Of a stretch of DNA of 42,569 nt, positions 9,404-22,294 are shown piece after piece. The translations under genes and the position numbers were made by a program. The notes beneath the pieces were generated by a model. That model made no database searches, was not told where the DNA came from, and saw only the letters and a list, made by a program, of their open reading frames with translations. Position 1 is the stretch's first letter. Every line of letters begins with the position of its first letter. Source of the stretch: Octopus bimaculoides (lineage: Eukaryota); NCBI RefSeq assembly GCF_001194135.2, contig NC_068991.1, positions 65,069,536 through 65,112,104 of the forward strand. The letters are read 5' to 3'.

Positions 9404-10952
9404 CTACTGATGATATGACTGCTTGTTATAAGAGAGGCAGGGGAGTGAGATCTTGATTTGTCAGGCCGTTTGATTTCTTTCTCTGTGTCGCTATCAGAGC
9501 CATGAGAAGTACTAGAGCCTTCAACAGATCGTAACATGGGTGATGAATATTTCTCAAGAGACTGTCGCCGTGTTGTATTGGAACTAGCATTAAACATGGC
9601 TACTTTGCTTTTGACACTAGGTAAAAGTTTGTTAGCATCAGATGATGATGACTCTGAAGTATTTAATAATGAATTTGATCCACTAGATTTTCGAGAACTT
9701 AGTGAGTTGGTCCATTTGGGCTCGCTATCCTTATGGATAGTAAGAGAAGACACTGATGGTGGAGTTTGATATTTTGATCCCAAACTGTTTGGTCCCATAT
9801 TTGTCTGGAAAGATGGTGAAGTGGAAATTAATTTAGAAGGGCTGTCTCTTTCAGGTGGATCATTGGGGCTTGGTGCAAGGTCTCCAAGAAATGATTTGGG
9901 TTTTATTTCCCGACTTCGTAAACCTAATGCTATAGCTCTGGAAGATATAGCAGGGCTGTGAGGTCTGTCAGGTCCAAGATTAAGACCTGGTGTTGAGGAA
10001 CGGCGTTCAGTAGAGTCAGGCTTATTGGTCAGATTAGATGTTCTAGTACTTTCTTGTAAATCTGATTCTTTACTTAAAGAATCTTCTGCAGCAGTAGAAG
10101 TTTTGTTGCGCTCAGGCACTTTGTAAGAATTTTTCCCAAGAACACCAGACTTACCCAAAAGGATATTTTTGGCTTGGTCTAACGTTAATTCAGGTTGAGG
10201 TCTACGATTTCGATTAATTGGTCGTTTGCTGGTGTCTTTCCGGTGTGAATTTAATGTAGTGGACAGAGGTGGTGGCATAAGATCAGCATCGGAAGAGCTT
10301 TTAATCCCTTTCTTAGTATCATCTGGTGCACAACCAATGGTTATTCGCCGTTTGGATGCTGCTGAAAGTGAAGCACTTTCCTTAGCTTCAGAAGAAAACC
10401 CATCATTGATGTTTCTGGCTGCTGTAGACTGGGCATCACTAGATGTTCTGCTACTTTGAGAACCTTGATCGTCAACTGTGTTAACTTCAGGCACACTGTG
10501 AGAAAGGGATAAGTCACATAAAATCTGGAGATTAGAAGCAGGCAGAGTCTCATCATTGTCTATACACGTAAGGTTGGGAACTGACAAACATGGCACCATG
10601 TTATTAGAGAGTAAATTCTTTTTATATTTTTTCTTTTTAGGATCTTTCAAAGTTTTTGATACATCTTGGCCATCTTTGGAATATATAGACAATGATTTGT
10701 CTTTCTTACTGAAAGAGGTTTCATATAAACTCTGTCTGTTCATTTTAGCCATGGAGCTCTTTGTTTGCTGGCTATATGAGCTCTGGCTGCGAGTTTGAGA
10801 GGAAGACTTGCTTGGTTCACTGGTGGATATAGAGTAACGGTCAGCTTTATTTTTCTTGTTACCCATTGACAACCTAGACTTGAGTGACTTGCTGGTCGGT
10901 GAGTGAGGTATGTCTTCTTCACTTTCATCTATACGTAACTCAAACAGACTCA
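9404..10952 (-). CDS. WDR62/MAPKBP1-family giant Ser/Thr/Lys-rich exon (~516 codons)
   Basis: Lies within the 525-aa ORF 9400..10977. Acceptor tctgatttttttag|TG and donor AG|GTAAGT. 1549 nt, phase 1 to 2. Confidence 0.9.
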
Positions 10953-11194
10953 CTAAAAAAATCAGAAATGTCACCAAATATATTACATTAAACTAAATGT
11001 TGCAAACAGAGAAAAAAATTAAAATGTTATCTCCATTAAAATCATTTTTTAATAATTAATATAAATTCAAATTAGAAATTAAATAATAAAATCAGTTTTA
11101 ACAAGTATAAATGTAATACATCTAAATTGTAAAATGTTTCATTTACAACAATCACACAATGTCAAGCAGATACAAGCACTTATACACTCAAGCA

Positions 11195-11300
11195 CACACA
11201 ATAGGCTTCTTTTGATTTCCATCTTGGCATTCAAAGGGTTAAAGTAAATGACACTTGCCCAAGTTGCCACGCAGTGAGACTGAGCCCAAAACCATGTGCT
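11195..11300 (-). mobile_element. Long-family SINE head fragment, interrupted by a TTAA-MITE end
   Basis: ggcttctttt, then ggcattcaaagggttaa, then gacacttgcccaag...gcagtgagactgagccc. Confidence 0.6.
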
Positions 11301-11762
11301 TTAGCTGTTGGTATCAATCGACGTTGAGAAACAAATCGAATTTATGAAAGAGACTACAATGTAGCCAGGAGAATTGTAACTAAATAAATTGCTATGATGT
11401 GTTGGTACTATGGAAACTTTTGGTCTCTATGCAAAATATTCACAGTAATAAAAGAGATGGGTCAAGCTCTTGCACAAGACCATCCTATATCATTAATTAA
11501 ACCATCATGCATTAATTAACCAAGCTGATAAATAAGTTTCATTGCCAAGTTTATTTATAATAAACAAACTCGTATCCCTGACTGAATATAAAAGCTATTG
11601 AGTTTTAATTAAGTTAGATCTAGTCAAATATTTAACATGAGAGGCTTGGGAAGAGATTTGTTTTCATGTTGGGCACAAACCAAACAGTTGTAAAATTTTG
11701 GGAGGTAGTCATTATATCTCAGATAATCCGAAAAAACAAATGAGCCACAGAACCTAGCTTAA

Positions 11763-11977
11763 ACCCTTTTGAGACCAACTCACTTAAAACTACCCTTGGT
11801 TCTCTTATAAAAACTTCTTGTCTTGAAAAGATCTAAATTAAAATTAAATCAAAATCTCAATTTATGTTCCAAATACCAGCTAAAGCTGACAGTCATTTTG
11901 TTAAATTCTTCATAGTTTTCGAAATATATTAAAATAAAGGTAGTCTATTTCAACAGAAATATGGTAATGAAGGGGTT
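11763..11977. mobile_element. piggyBac-type MITE, family A-like, degraded copy in opposite orientation
   Basis: Ends ccctttttgagacc-like / ggtaatgaagggg-tta. The internal sequence resembles the reverse complement of the 7058 and 32760 copies. Confidence 0.6.
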
Positions 11978-12613
11978 ATGGATACAATCATTATCATCAT
12001 GATTAATGTCCACTTTTCTATGCTTGCATGGGTCAGACAGAATTTGAGGCAGTTTTACTACAGTCGGGTGGTCATCCTGTCACCAATCCTCACAAGTTTC
12101 CAGTTCCAAACTAAGCATTTACACACTGACACACAAAGACAGACAGACACACGTTTCTGAGTAGAACATTTTGTTTAAATCTATTGAAGAAGTTACTATA
12201 AAAATGAAACAGACTGAATGAAAAAAAATTATAGAAATTACTGATGGTAAACTTTGGAAAAATAAATGTTATTATCAGAATGAGATATATGATTTTGTTG
12301 TGTACATAAACTTAAACAGCTCATTACATATTACAGAGTTGCCATTAATTTATTCTCAAGGAAGATAATAAAACTAAGTAAAAAAAAAAACATTAATTTA
12401 CTCTTCACAAATAGTTTAACAAATTCTGTTATTAAATAATCATAAATATTAAACATATCTACAACATGATTGGATAAACAAATATGCCTTTATACGTAAT
12501 ATGACAATTGTACAACATACATATGCACAGGTATATACAAAACTTATATAGAAAATGATAAACTTTAGAGGATGACATATAAAAATACACTATTTGACAA
12601 GTACATGAAATAA

Positions 12614-12644
<31 letters not shown>

Positions 12645-12890
12645 NNNNNNNNNNNNNNNNNNNNNNNNNNNNNNNNNNNNNNNNNNNNNNNNNNNNNNNN
12701 NNNNNNNNNNNNNNNNNNNNNNNNNNNNNNNNNNNNNNNNNNNNNNNNNNNNNNNNNNNNNNNNNNNNNNNNNNNNNNNNNNNNNNNNNNNNNNNNNNNN
12801 NNNNNNNNNNNNNNNNNNNNNNNNNNNNNNNNNNNNNNNNNNNNNNNNNNNNNNNNNNNNNNNNNNNNNNNNNNNNNNNNNNNNNNNNNN
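12645..12890. other. Assembly gap (N-run). Others: 16060-16375, 17151-17513, 27492-27974, 33860-33869, 35994-36662
   Basis: Runs of n, mostly next to (TA)n or poly-T tracts. Confidence 0.99.
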
Positions 12891-13974
12891 GTATCAAAAT
12901 TGAAGATTGTTTGATGTAAGATTTTAAATGATGACATGACAATAAAGTGTGCATGTGTTTGTGAACACATACATATACATATATATATATATGTATACAT
13001 TCAAAGAATTAGGTCATATTGAATATGAGAAATATAGCAAATATATGTTTATCATTGCCAACTTTTAGCAAAATAAGAATAATTTTTTAAAAAAACTTAC
13101 AGAATACTTTCTATTATAGCATAGAAAGATGCTCGCAAGCCCAAATCAGAATGTTGGGTGTGTAACATAATTTGAAAATAGTTCTTTACGCGAGGTTTTA
13201 CATATCTTGTTTCATTGGTAAACATCTCTGATGAAATGGGATACAATTTGCCATTACCTCAGGTACAGACTTTCACTCATATTGCATGCTCTCTCTCTCT
13301 CTCTCTCTCTATTCTGCATGGCTATGGAAGTATCTTACATATGTTTTTGCTTTATGAAAACTTCTAACATATGTTTTAGGTGTATGAGTGTATGTATGCA
13401 TGAGTGTGTGTGACCATTGTACACACTAAAGTATATGATGGTCTCCAATGAGAAATACTTACTATTTATTAGATCAGAAGTACGTTTCTTTACCTTTCTT
13501 TTTTTGTTTCTTTTTTTTCTTTTTTTGAGCATATTTCCACACAAGATTAGCACCTGATATAGATATTTGATACTGCAGCCATCTATTAATATTTTCCTTT
13601 TAAATCCATTTTCAATTCCTCTTAATACTTCCATTCTCTTAGCCTCCAGAGCATCTGCAACTTGGAGTGCACATCCATCACCTAAACATCTGGATAGGTA
13701 ACGGAAATGCTGAACAGGCAACAATGAGTCAGTTTTCCGTCTCCAGCCTTAGCGGTGAAATCCAGACAAAGCATTCCACTGCTGGACATGTGACATCTAG
13801 TTCAGACAGTTTACAAATGCCCTGGTGACCATCCAGAGAGAATTTAGTCAGCTTAAATGCTTATATGGTTTAAACATTGTTACCTTAATCAAAGCACATT
13901 ATTTTACTTTGTATAGTGAACTGATCAATAGCCGACCATAACCAAATACGAGAAGACTATTCTACAACACCAGG

Positions 13975-14195
13975 TAGGTTATTTTTGTCTTTTATCTTTT
14001 ACTATGCTGGGGCATCACCTTGAAGGGTTTAGTTGAACAAATTTGCCCAAGTACTTATTTTTTTAAATCTGGAACTTATTCGATCAGTTTCTTCTACTGA
14101 AGTGCTATGTCAGAGAGACAACCAATACTGGTTGCCAAGCAGCTGGGGGAGGGGGCCAAACACAAACACGCACAGTTGTATGTATGTGTGTGTGT
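13975..14195 (-). mobile_element. Long-family SINE, degraded 3' half
   Basis: tatgctggggcatcaccttgaaggg...cccaagtacttattt...gggggccaaacacaaacac. Confidence 0.65.
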
Positions 14196-14414
14196 TTCTA
14201 TGTACCACATCCTAGGATGGATGAACAAGGATAGTTCTTATAGATTTGGATAACTAAAATTGTTAAGTTTTCAGCTGCATGATTCTTTCTAATGCTTACC
14301 TATAGCCATCACAAAGTCCAAGTACAAACTACATTCAGCAGAGTAAATTTAAGCAACAACAGACAATAGTTGTATCAAGTCTTATCTTTACCCATGTAGA
14401 GTCATTTTCTTTGC

Positions 14415-14417
<3 letters not shown>

Positions 14418-14495
<78 letters not shown>
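14418..14495. repeat. (GT)n microsatellite
   Basis: Long uninterrupted gt run. Confidence 0.98.
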
Positions 14496-14496
<1 letters not shown>

Positions 14497-15527
14497 ATGC
14501 GTGTGATCTGACTGCAAGTTCTCCCAAGTTTAATCAATATTTTAAAACAATACTTTAAAATTCAAATAAATTCCAACAGCAACTGTCAATAATAATAAGG
14601 CGTTGTATGACAAACAGCATGACACTGTTTGATGAAACAAAGACAAATGTAACAATGATAAGCTGTAAAATGAAAAATATTTATGAAAAGTATAGCCAAT
14701 GTTAATAAATTTTAAGTTATTTTAGGGTTTTATAAGTTACAGTGAAAAGAATAGAAATAAAAAATTATATTAAAAAAATTTTTTTTTTTTTTTTTTTTAA
14801 TATCTAACGGGGTAGTGAGTTACAAAGCCATGCAGACTATTTCACCAAAGCCAAAGAATGGTACCAGCAAAGCAGAGACGTAAGCTTAAGAACATGTAAA
14901 TATTTTTAATATAGTAAAAATGAGTGAGGAATGGATCAGATTAAATAATTATGTTATTGATGGTAGCTTATTTAGGAAGAGTTTGTGTAGTGCTAAGCAC
15001 TGATAACCACTGTGCTGGTGTAGTGTTGTGTGCAGTGTTGTACAGATCAGTGTAACAAGCAAAAATGTCTGAGATACGTTTAGTTTCTTTGATATTTTGT
15101 CTATTACTGGTTCAGATTGATTTTTGGATTGTTATGAAGGCAGCTTCCTCATAAGTTGAAGTTTACATACTTTTTCCTGTATGTATTGCATGTAGTAGTT
15201 TCAAGCTAAATCTTAAAACCGAATAAGTCTATCTCTCCTGTTATACAACAGATTGCTAGAACAACTTTAGTAAAGAGAATGAAATATAGCAAGGAACAAA
15301 AAACAAATATAGCAATTTAGTCGCTTAAAAAAAAAAAAAAGTGGGGGAGGGTGGATTTAGTTTCAGCAAGAAACAGAATTCATTAAACAAGTGATTCTAT
15401 TCACCTATGAGAAAAACAATGTGTGCTCCAACAAAGAACAGTGTGACAGAATAAGGGGTAAGTTATGTTGTTAATTGAGTCCGTTAGAGCGAGCGACCAG
15501 CATGCTGTTTGGATGAGACACCATTAC

Positions 15528-15860
15528 CCCTAGTTGATTTAGTGTTCGTTGAGTTCTTAGTCCGACCACCAGAGGGTGCTGAAGCAGCAGTTGCAGAAGA
15601 AGGGCAGGATGGAGACGTACTCCTTGGTGATGGAATACGACTACGGGTAGTAGTGGAAGGAGCTGACTTTTTAAGTTTAGTGCAGCTGTTTTTACCATAT
15701 TTGGAGAGAGGCTTTGGTGATGTGCTCCGTTTGACCGGGCTTTGCATGCGACCAGAGTGCTGAGCAGATATATCAGCAGGCGAGCTTTGGGTCAAATCCA
15801 TTGTTGACCAACTTCGGCGAACAGGACGTGTAGGGGTTTGGCACCCAGATCCAGGCTTTC
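15528..15860 (-). CDS. WDR62/MAPKBP1-family exon (GKPGSGCQTPTRPVRRSWSTMDLT...RSRIPSP...); 3' boundary uncertain
   Basis: Acceptor ttttacctgctattag, phase 1. There are two candidate phase-1 donors, ATG|GTAAAA (exon end 15696) and GGG|GTAATG (exon end 15528). The frame stays open to TAA at 15484. Confidence 0.75.
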
Positions 15861-18800
15861 CTAATAGCAGGTAAAATTGGCAACAGTGATCAGTGCTAGA
15901 CAAGGAAGGATTGATTAACAAATAAACAATAAAAGTAATGAAATGCTTCTTTTTTTTAATGGAATAACTTATAATTCAAATCTTTCAGAGGGAGTGATTC
16001 CAAGATTTTCCACTTCCATTCTTCATAGACAGCTTCTTCCATATATATATATATATATANNNNNNNNNNNNNNNNNNNNNNNNNNNNNNNNNNNNNNNNN
16101 NNNNNNNNNNNNNNNNNNNNNNNNNNNNNNNNNNNNNNNNNNNNNNNNNNNNNNNNNNNNNNNNNNNNNNNNNNNNNNNNNNNNNNNNNNNNNNNNNNNN
16201 NNNNNNNNNNNNNNNNNNNNNNNNNNNNNNNNNNNNNNNNNNNNNNNNNNNNNNNNNNNNNNNNNNNNNNNNNNNNNNNNNNNNNNNNNNNNNNNNNNNN
16301 NNNNNNNNNNNNNNNNNNNNNNNNNNNNNNNNNNNNNNNNNNNNNNNNNNNNNNNNNNNNNNNNNNNNNNNNNNNAATATATAATAAGTAGGATCAATAG
16401 AAAAGGTACTCCTCCAACAGGAGGTAAATATCATTTAATATACACACCATTTAAATACAAGATACTATTAGTTTCATGCTCTGAAAACACATTAAATTGG
16501 CAGATTTATATACCATGCTTTGTGCCTCCAAACAATCCTTCAGTCTCAAATACACAACATGGCTGGTCTCATTCAAAAAGGCAAGAAAGGAAGCACAAGG
16601 TATGACACCAATTTATTGTTTCCACAGTATGAAACTAATGGTAGCTAGTATTTAAAGATTGCGTATATTAAAATGATATATGTGTATATATATGATAAAG
16701 TGGAAAACATTCAAGATGGTTTTTACAAAATATGCTAGCTTTTCTAAAATTCCACTTTTTCCTCCAATGAGATTTCCAGATAAATTATATAGAGAAATAA
16801 CAAAAGAATTACATTGACATTATGATAATATGAACAAAAATATGTTCTCTATACATTCATGCAGATAAATTTTAGGTCTTCAGATAAAACTAGAAATAAA
16901 AAGTTTAGCTGAAAGAAAAAAAAAATCATTTAGGGTTGGTGGAAATACATAAAATTCTTTTTTTTTTTTAATTGCATGAATTCATGCAAAATTGATTAGA
17001 GCAAAGTAGAACTTAGTACAAGGACTTAGCTTCTTTTCTACAACAATACTGTTGCAGTTCATTGGACATTAGACAAGTGAATGTCTTATTTAATTATATA
17101 AAAGTATCTGTGAATTACTGATTGCTCCTCCTGTATCATAAACCTATATTNNNNNNNNNNNNNNNNNNNNNNNNNNNNNNNNNNNNNNNNNNNNNNNNNN
17201 NNNNNNNNNNNNNNNNNNNNNNNNNNNNNNNNNNNNNNNNNNNNNNNNNNNNNNNNNNNNNNNNNNNNNNNNNNNNNNNNNNNNNNNNNNNNNNNNNNNN
17301 NNNNNNNNNNNNNNNNNNNNNNNNNNNNNNNNNNNNNNNNNNNNNNNNNNNNNNNNNNNNNNNNNNNNNNNNNNNNNNNNNNNNNNNNNNNNNNNNNNNN
17401 NNNNNNNNNNNNNNNNNNNNNNNNNNNNNNNNNNNNNNNNNNNNNNNNNNNNNNNNNNNNNNNNNNNNNNNNNNNNNNNNNNNNNNNNNNNNNNNNNNNN
17501 NNNNNNNNNNNNNGTATCCATCGGGAATACACTGCTTGTCAACCACTCAAGATGGAGTAATACTGAATGCCATGCATCATGATTATCATATGTTTCAAGT
17601 ATATTTTATAACAAATTAAAAAAAAAAAAATCATTAAACATACTTTCACATTCAAGAATGTCTGATAATCATGTATTGATGCATGTTTTGTCAGAAAGTC
17701 CAATGCTGTTTGCTAACTTGTAGCTATACACAAGCTGTATATACACAACCATCAGCAAATCACAAAGGAGCCTGCAATTTTTTTTTTTTTCCGATGGGAG
17801 TCCAATATCCCTGAAACTACGGTGAGAGTTTGAAGCTCTTGTTTATAACTATGTAAACAAACTGTTTGCTGATTCCTGCTTGCATCTGCCAACTGATAAA
17901 AAAATCATCAGATGTAAAGTGAATAGCAACAATCAAAACAATGGCTGGCATATTTATTCTTAATATATTCTGGCAGTTTCAAATGTGAATATGCTAATCA
18001 CTGTGGCATTTCAATGCATTTTCATGAAATCAAAGCTAGAATTTTCCAAACATGCATGGTTCCCCAAGTGATAGCATCAATTACAAGGGAGATAATCAGT
18101 TTTTCATACTATGAGGCAGGATTGCAGAGTTCAGTCTAAACACTGGAAGAAGAATTCACATACTGTGACACAGAAAAAAACAACTTGGTGACATTAGAGG
18201 TTTCTTAGACCATCTAAGATCTCAGTACTATTGATCTTTACCATTCTCTCAGCACTGATACAAACAAATGACACCCTAAATTTAGGTACTTCAGTACTCA
18301 GTGTTGAATTCAAATTCTATATTCACCCCTGCAGAGTTAGATCGCAAGGGTTGAGTCAGTTCATTAAATTTATACACACTACAGTCTTTAATTTATTCCT
18401 CCTTTTGTCAAGTCAAAGCAATTCTTATTTTTATTATTACAGAAAGTATTGGAATACAACAATCTATTTTTATTCCAAGAAACATTTCACTTCAGTAACT
18501 AATGAACAACATAAATTAGCCACACACAATTTATTAACAAGTGGAACTGGGACAGGGCCCATAACCATTGCAATGAAAGATCATCATGGTCTGAACTGGT
18601 TCTTCTTCAGACTTACAGCCACCTAGACAGGTCAAGGAACCATGTCCTTGGCAATACTTGCATCTTTTATTTAGCTGCATATCATCATCTCATGGTATGG
18701 GTTGAATGGTTAGACAGGATCCAGGAAACTGCAAGGAAGCATCAGTCTCCAAAGTAAGCTTTGACATGGTTTCTACACCTGGATACCCTTCCCAACAGCA

Positions 18801-20097
18801 ACCACTTTACAATGTGTATTGGATGCTTTTTTTCCATGCCACCAAGACTAGTGAAGTCACCAAGTATCTTGCCAAACAGATAAAGGAAAAGAAAAGCCTT
18901 CCCCCTTCAACTAAATAGACGTAGGGAGTATTCAAGAAAGGGAAGTAAAAGCTGAACATTAAGTACAAGGGTAAGACACCTGACTGACATGAGTTTGACC
19001 CCACCACAAATAATACATCACCCCACTCCTGCAGATTTCAGTCATCATATTTAAAATCAAAGTATACGGGTTCCTAGATTTAGTTAAATGGAGTTTGTTT
19101 TTTAAACAGCCATGTGTTTAAATGTTATATTGCAAAATTTTTTTTCTTTCTTCAAATCCTTCCTCCACATCTGATAGAAAAAAACGCCTTTTTTAAGAAA
19201 ACAAACAAAAAAATTGAAGAAATTATAATCGAATAAAATATTCTGAAAGCCCAACACAATGAAGGACATTAAATATTTTATATATATATATAAAAACACT
19301 ACACAAAAGCTTACAATAGTTCATGCCAACAACATGAAGAAACTAGAGAAACGACATCAGAATCTGTTGATTACACTTACAAATTGCCAATGGCCAGGAA
19401 CTACCACTCAGTTCCAATGGCAAGGTCACATCTAAAAACAGATTATCAAATCCCAAATCATTAAAGCTATTTATTACATTTTTACATAATAGATTGTTGC
19501 TCAACATAAGTATCTTATCAAAATTCATCAATGTTCACAGGTTGAAATAAAATCTGAAAATCTGAAAAGTAAGCTTAAAACAATAAAAGGACCATGGAGG
19601 ATTGTAAGCTTAATTTAAGGGATATAGACTCACTATGACTGTTGAAATGACACACAAGAAATTCTTTAAAATGTCCTTTTGATTAGTAAGTTATATTGGA
19701 AGATTGGTAACATCAATGGACCATCAGACAAACTACATTGTGGTTTCCAGTTATGTCCCTTTATGTTCTGAATATAATTACTGCACAGATCCACAATGCC
19801 TTTCATCTTTCCAACATTGATAAAATAATGCCAGCACTGGGGTTAATATATTTGCCCATATCCTAGAATATGATGTCCTACCTTGACCACACTCCAATGA
19901 CAAACTATTAAAGGAGAGAACAAAAATATGAAGGGATCATATCCATGACTATTGCAAGCCATCCTAACCTACAACAGTTGATTCTCAGCCTGAACATCCT
20001 GCAGGGAAAATGCCAGTGAGGAGGTAATTGTGAGTTGTGTATGAACGCTTGAAACTCCACTCATAGCATTTAAGAACTGGGATATTTAATGCTGGAA

Positions 20098-20258
20098 TAT
20101 TGGCTTCAAATTTTCGTACAGGGCCAACAATTTTGGGGAAATGTGTAAATTGATTACAATGGCCCCCAATGCTTAGTTGATACTTAATTTAATCAACCTT
20201 GAAAGGCTGAAAGGCAAAGTCAACCTCAGTGGAATATGGACTCAGAATATAAAGATGG
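20098..20258 (-). mobile_element. Short-family SINE, 5'-truncated, inverted relative to the 20358 copy
   Basis: The reverse complement reads ttctgagtccatattccactgaggttgactttgcctttcagcctttcaaggttgattaaattaag. Confidence 0.75.
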
Positions 20259-20357
20259 ATGATTTAACACTAGAATATTATTGTCATTTAAATGTCGTTT
20301 CAACTGCATTTATAATATTTTCTATTTGTGTTAAAATCTGTATCACTTAGTTCTTTG

Positions 20358-20575
20358 TACGGCAGTAAGCTGGCAGAATCATTAGCACATCGGAAGAAAT
20401 GCTTAGTGGAATTTCTTCTGGCTATTTACATTCTGAGTTCAAATCCTGCCAAAGTCAACTTTGCCTTTCATCCCATTGGGGATCGAAAAAAAAAAAATAA
20501 TAAAGTACCATTCAAGTACTAGGGTCAATGTAATTGACTTGCCCCCATTCCTCAAAATAGCTGGCCTTGAACCCT
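20358..20575 (+). mobile_element. Short-family tRNA-derived SINE
   Basis: gctggcagaatcattagc...ctgagttcaaatcc...aactttgcctttcatcc. Confidence 0.8.
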
Positions 20576-21430
20576 GCAATGGACAAGTATTCCATCCAGA
20601 GGGAATGTTGTGATCACAGTTGCTTAAATGCCATGGAAACTAGCTAACAGGCCTTGTAGGTTCTAGGGCTCAAGAAAAAAAAAAAAGTGAGGCTTGACTA
20701 GTTCTGACCCTGTCTCAAGGTTCACAGATCACCAAAGATATATCCACTTTAAAGTTTATTTCCATTAACATTTACACAATTGGGATCTTTCTTTATTCTG
20801 CAAAACAAAAATTGCATTCTGTAAAATAATCTAATGTAACATTGATTATTTAGTTGAAAATATTGTCAAGAGGTTTCATAATTTAAATTTATTTGTAATT
20901 TCCTTTTCAAACTTTGAAAAAAAAACCCCCAATTTATGCTGAAAAGAAATGCAGTTTAGTTTTATTATTCAATATTTAAACAGTAATTCTCTATAATGCT
21001 CATCAATGCATTCTATATATTTAATTATTCACAATATTAAAATATTATATAGGAAAAGAGCAATAGTACTTAAACTGAACTTACATCATGTATCTCTTAC
21101 TTGTTGAATGACTGAATTAAAAATATTGTTCAAATCCATTCAGTGGGTTTGTTCATTTTTCTTTTCATTTCAAATTGGTATTTAAAATGACTAACATCAT
21201 TTTCAACCAAATCTTAATTATCAATATTTTTTTCTCATGATTTCATTTAACAATAACTTCACGTCTCTGACATTTAATCTTATATCCAACCTATTTCTAA
21301 CCCCAGTCATTCCATTTCTTGTTGTCTCTACCTAAATTCAACATACAATCAATTTTTATGATACCCTGAGCTTAACCTTATGTTTCAAAGAATTTTTTAA
21401 ATAAAAAAAAAAAAATCATAGAAAACTTAC

Positions 21431-21518
21431 CAATATTTTCTTGTCCACTTCGACTAGAACTTGATCCACTTGAAGTTCTCTCTCGATGGTTGTTTAAACG
21501 TTCAAATACCTCTTTATC
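21431..21518 (-). CDS. WDR62/MAPKBP1-family exon (DKEVFERLNNHRERTSSGSSSSRSGQENI)
   Basis: Acceptor ttttttgaaactattctag and donor TTG|GTAAGT. 88 nt, phase 0 to 1. Confidence 0.85.
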
Positions 21519-22294
21519 CTAGAATAGTTTCAAAAAATAAAACATATCAGAAATTCAAACAACAATGAACCATTTACCATACCTGGGGAAAAAAAAAAAA
21601 GAAAATTAGTAATTAACGACCCTCAAACTAAAATAATTACTGGAAACATGAGTGGTACTATAGTTCCTCCCATTGTGAACTCTCTATATATTCACTTCTA
21701 GGATATACAGAATTTAGATTTAGTACCTAACCATTCCTCCATGGAGCATAAGTATTTTCCCCCAAAATATAAGTTCTTTTATTTAAGACAATATAATTAT
21801 ATTGTGCCAATTTGGCAATCTTAAGCCAAATACAAGACAGAACTACTGTAGAAAAAAAGTCAAAGGTTATCTTTGGTGCTAAATGGCAACTGATTGTTAC
21901 TTAAAATGATTACTGTAATGAATACACTATATAATTACAATCCATCAAAGGGAGAATAATAAATTTTGTCTATTTCTGTTCTACTTTCTTAAACGATGGT
22001 ACAAATTTTCATATTCGATCTCTCTGAAGAAAACGGATCTTGGTATGTTTCAGCTGAAACTATCTACATATTGTGTTTATTGTATTAGTAAGTGGCTGAG
22101 TATTCCACAGTTATGTGAGGTCTTAACATAATCCTCAGACAGAATCAGTGTGGTGCAGTAAAACTAAATTGGACCTTTGAATTCTAGACACAATCCATCC
22201 CACTAAGCTTACGTACACTTTCCATCTACACAATCACAAGACTTGGATTGATCTGACACTATTGTGAATAACACCAGCCCAAGATGCCACACCC

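Noticed and set aside
9536-10798. Plus-strand ORFs 9536, 10226 and 10556, and 15509..15763
   Set aside because: Antisense shadows of real minus-strand coding exons, with no independent splice or homology support.
13555-13683. ORF GDGCALQVADALEAKRMEVLRGIENGFKRKILIDGCSIKYLYQ as a gene exon
   Set aside because: It would run phase 1 to 0, but the next exon needs phase 1, and the donor (GTGCTA) is poor. It may be a decayed transposase C-terminus.
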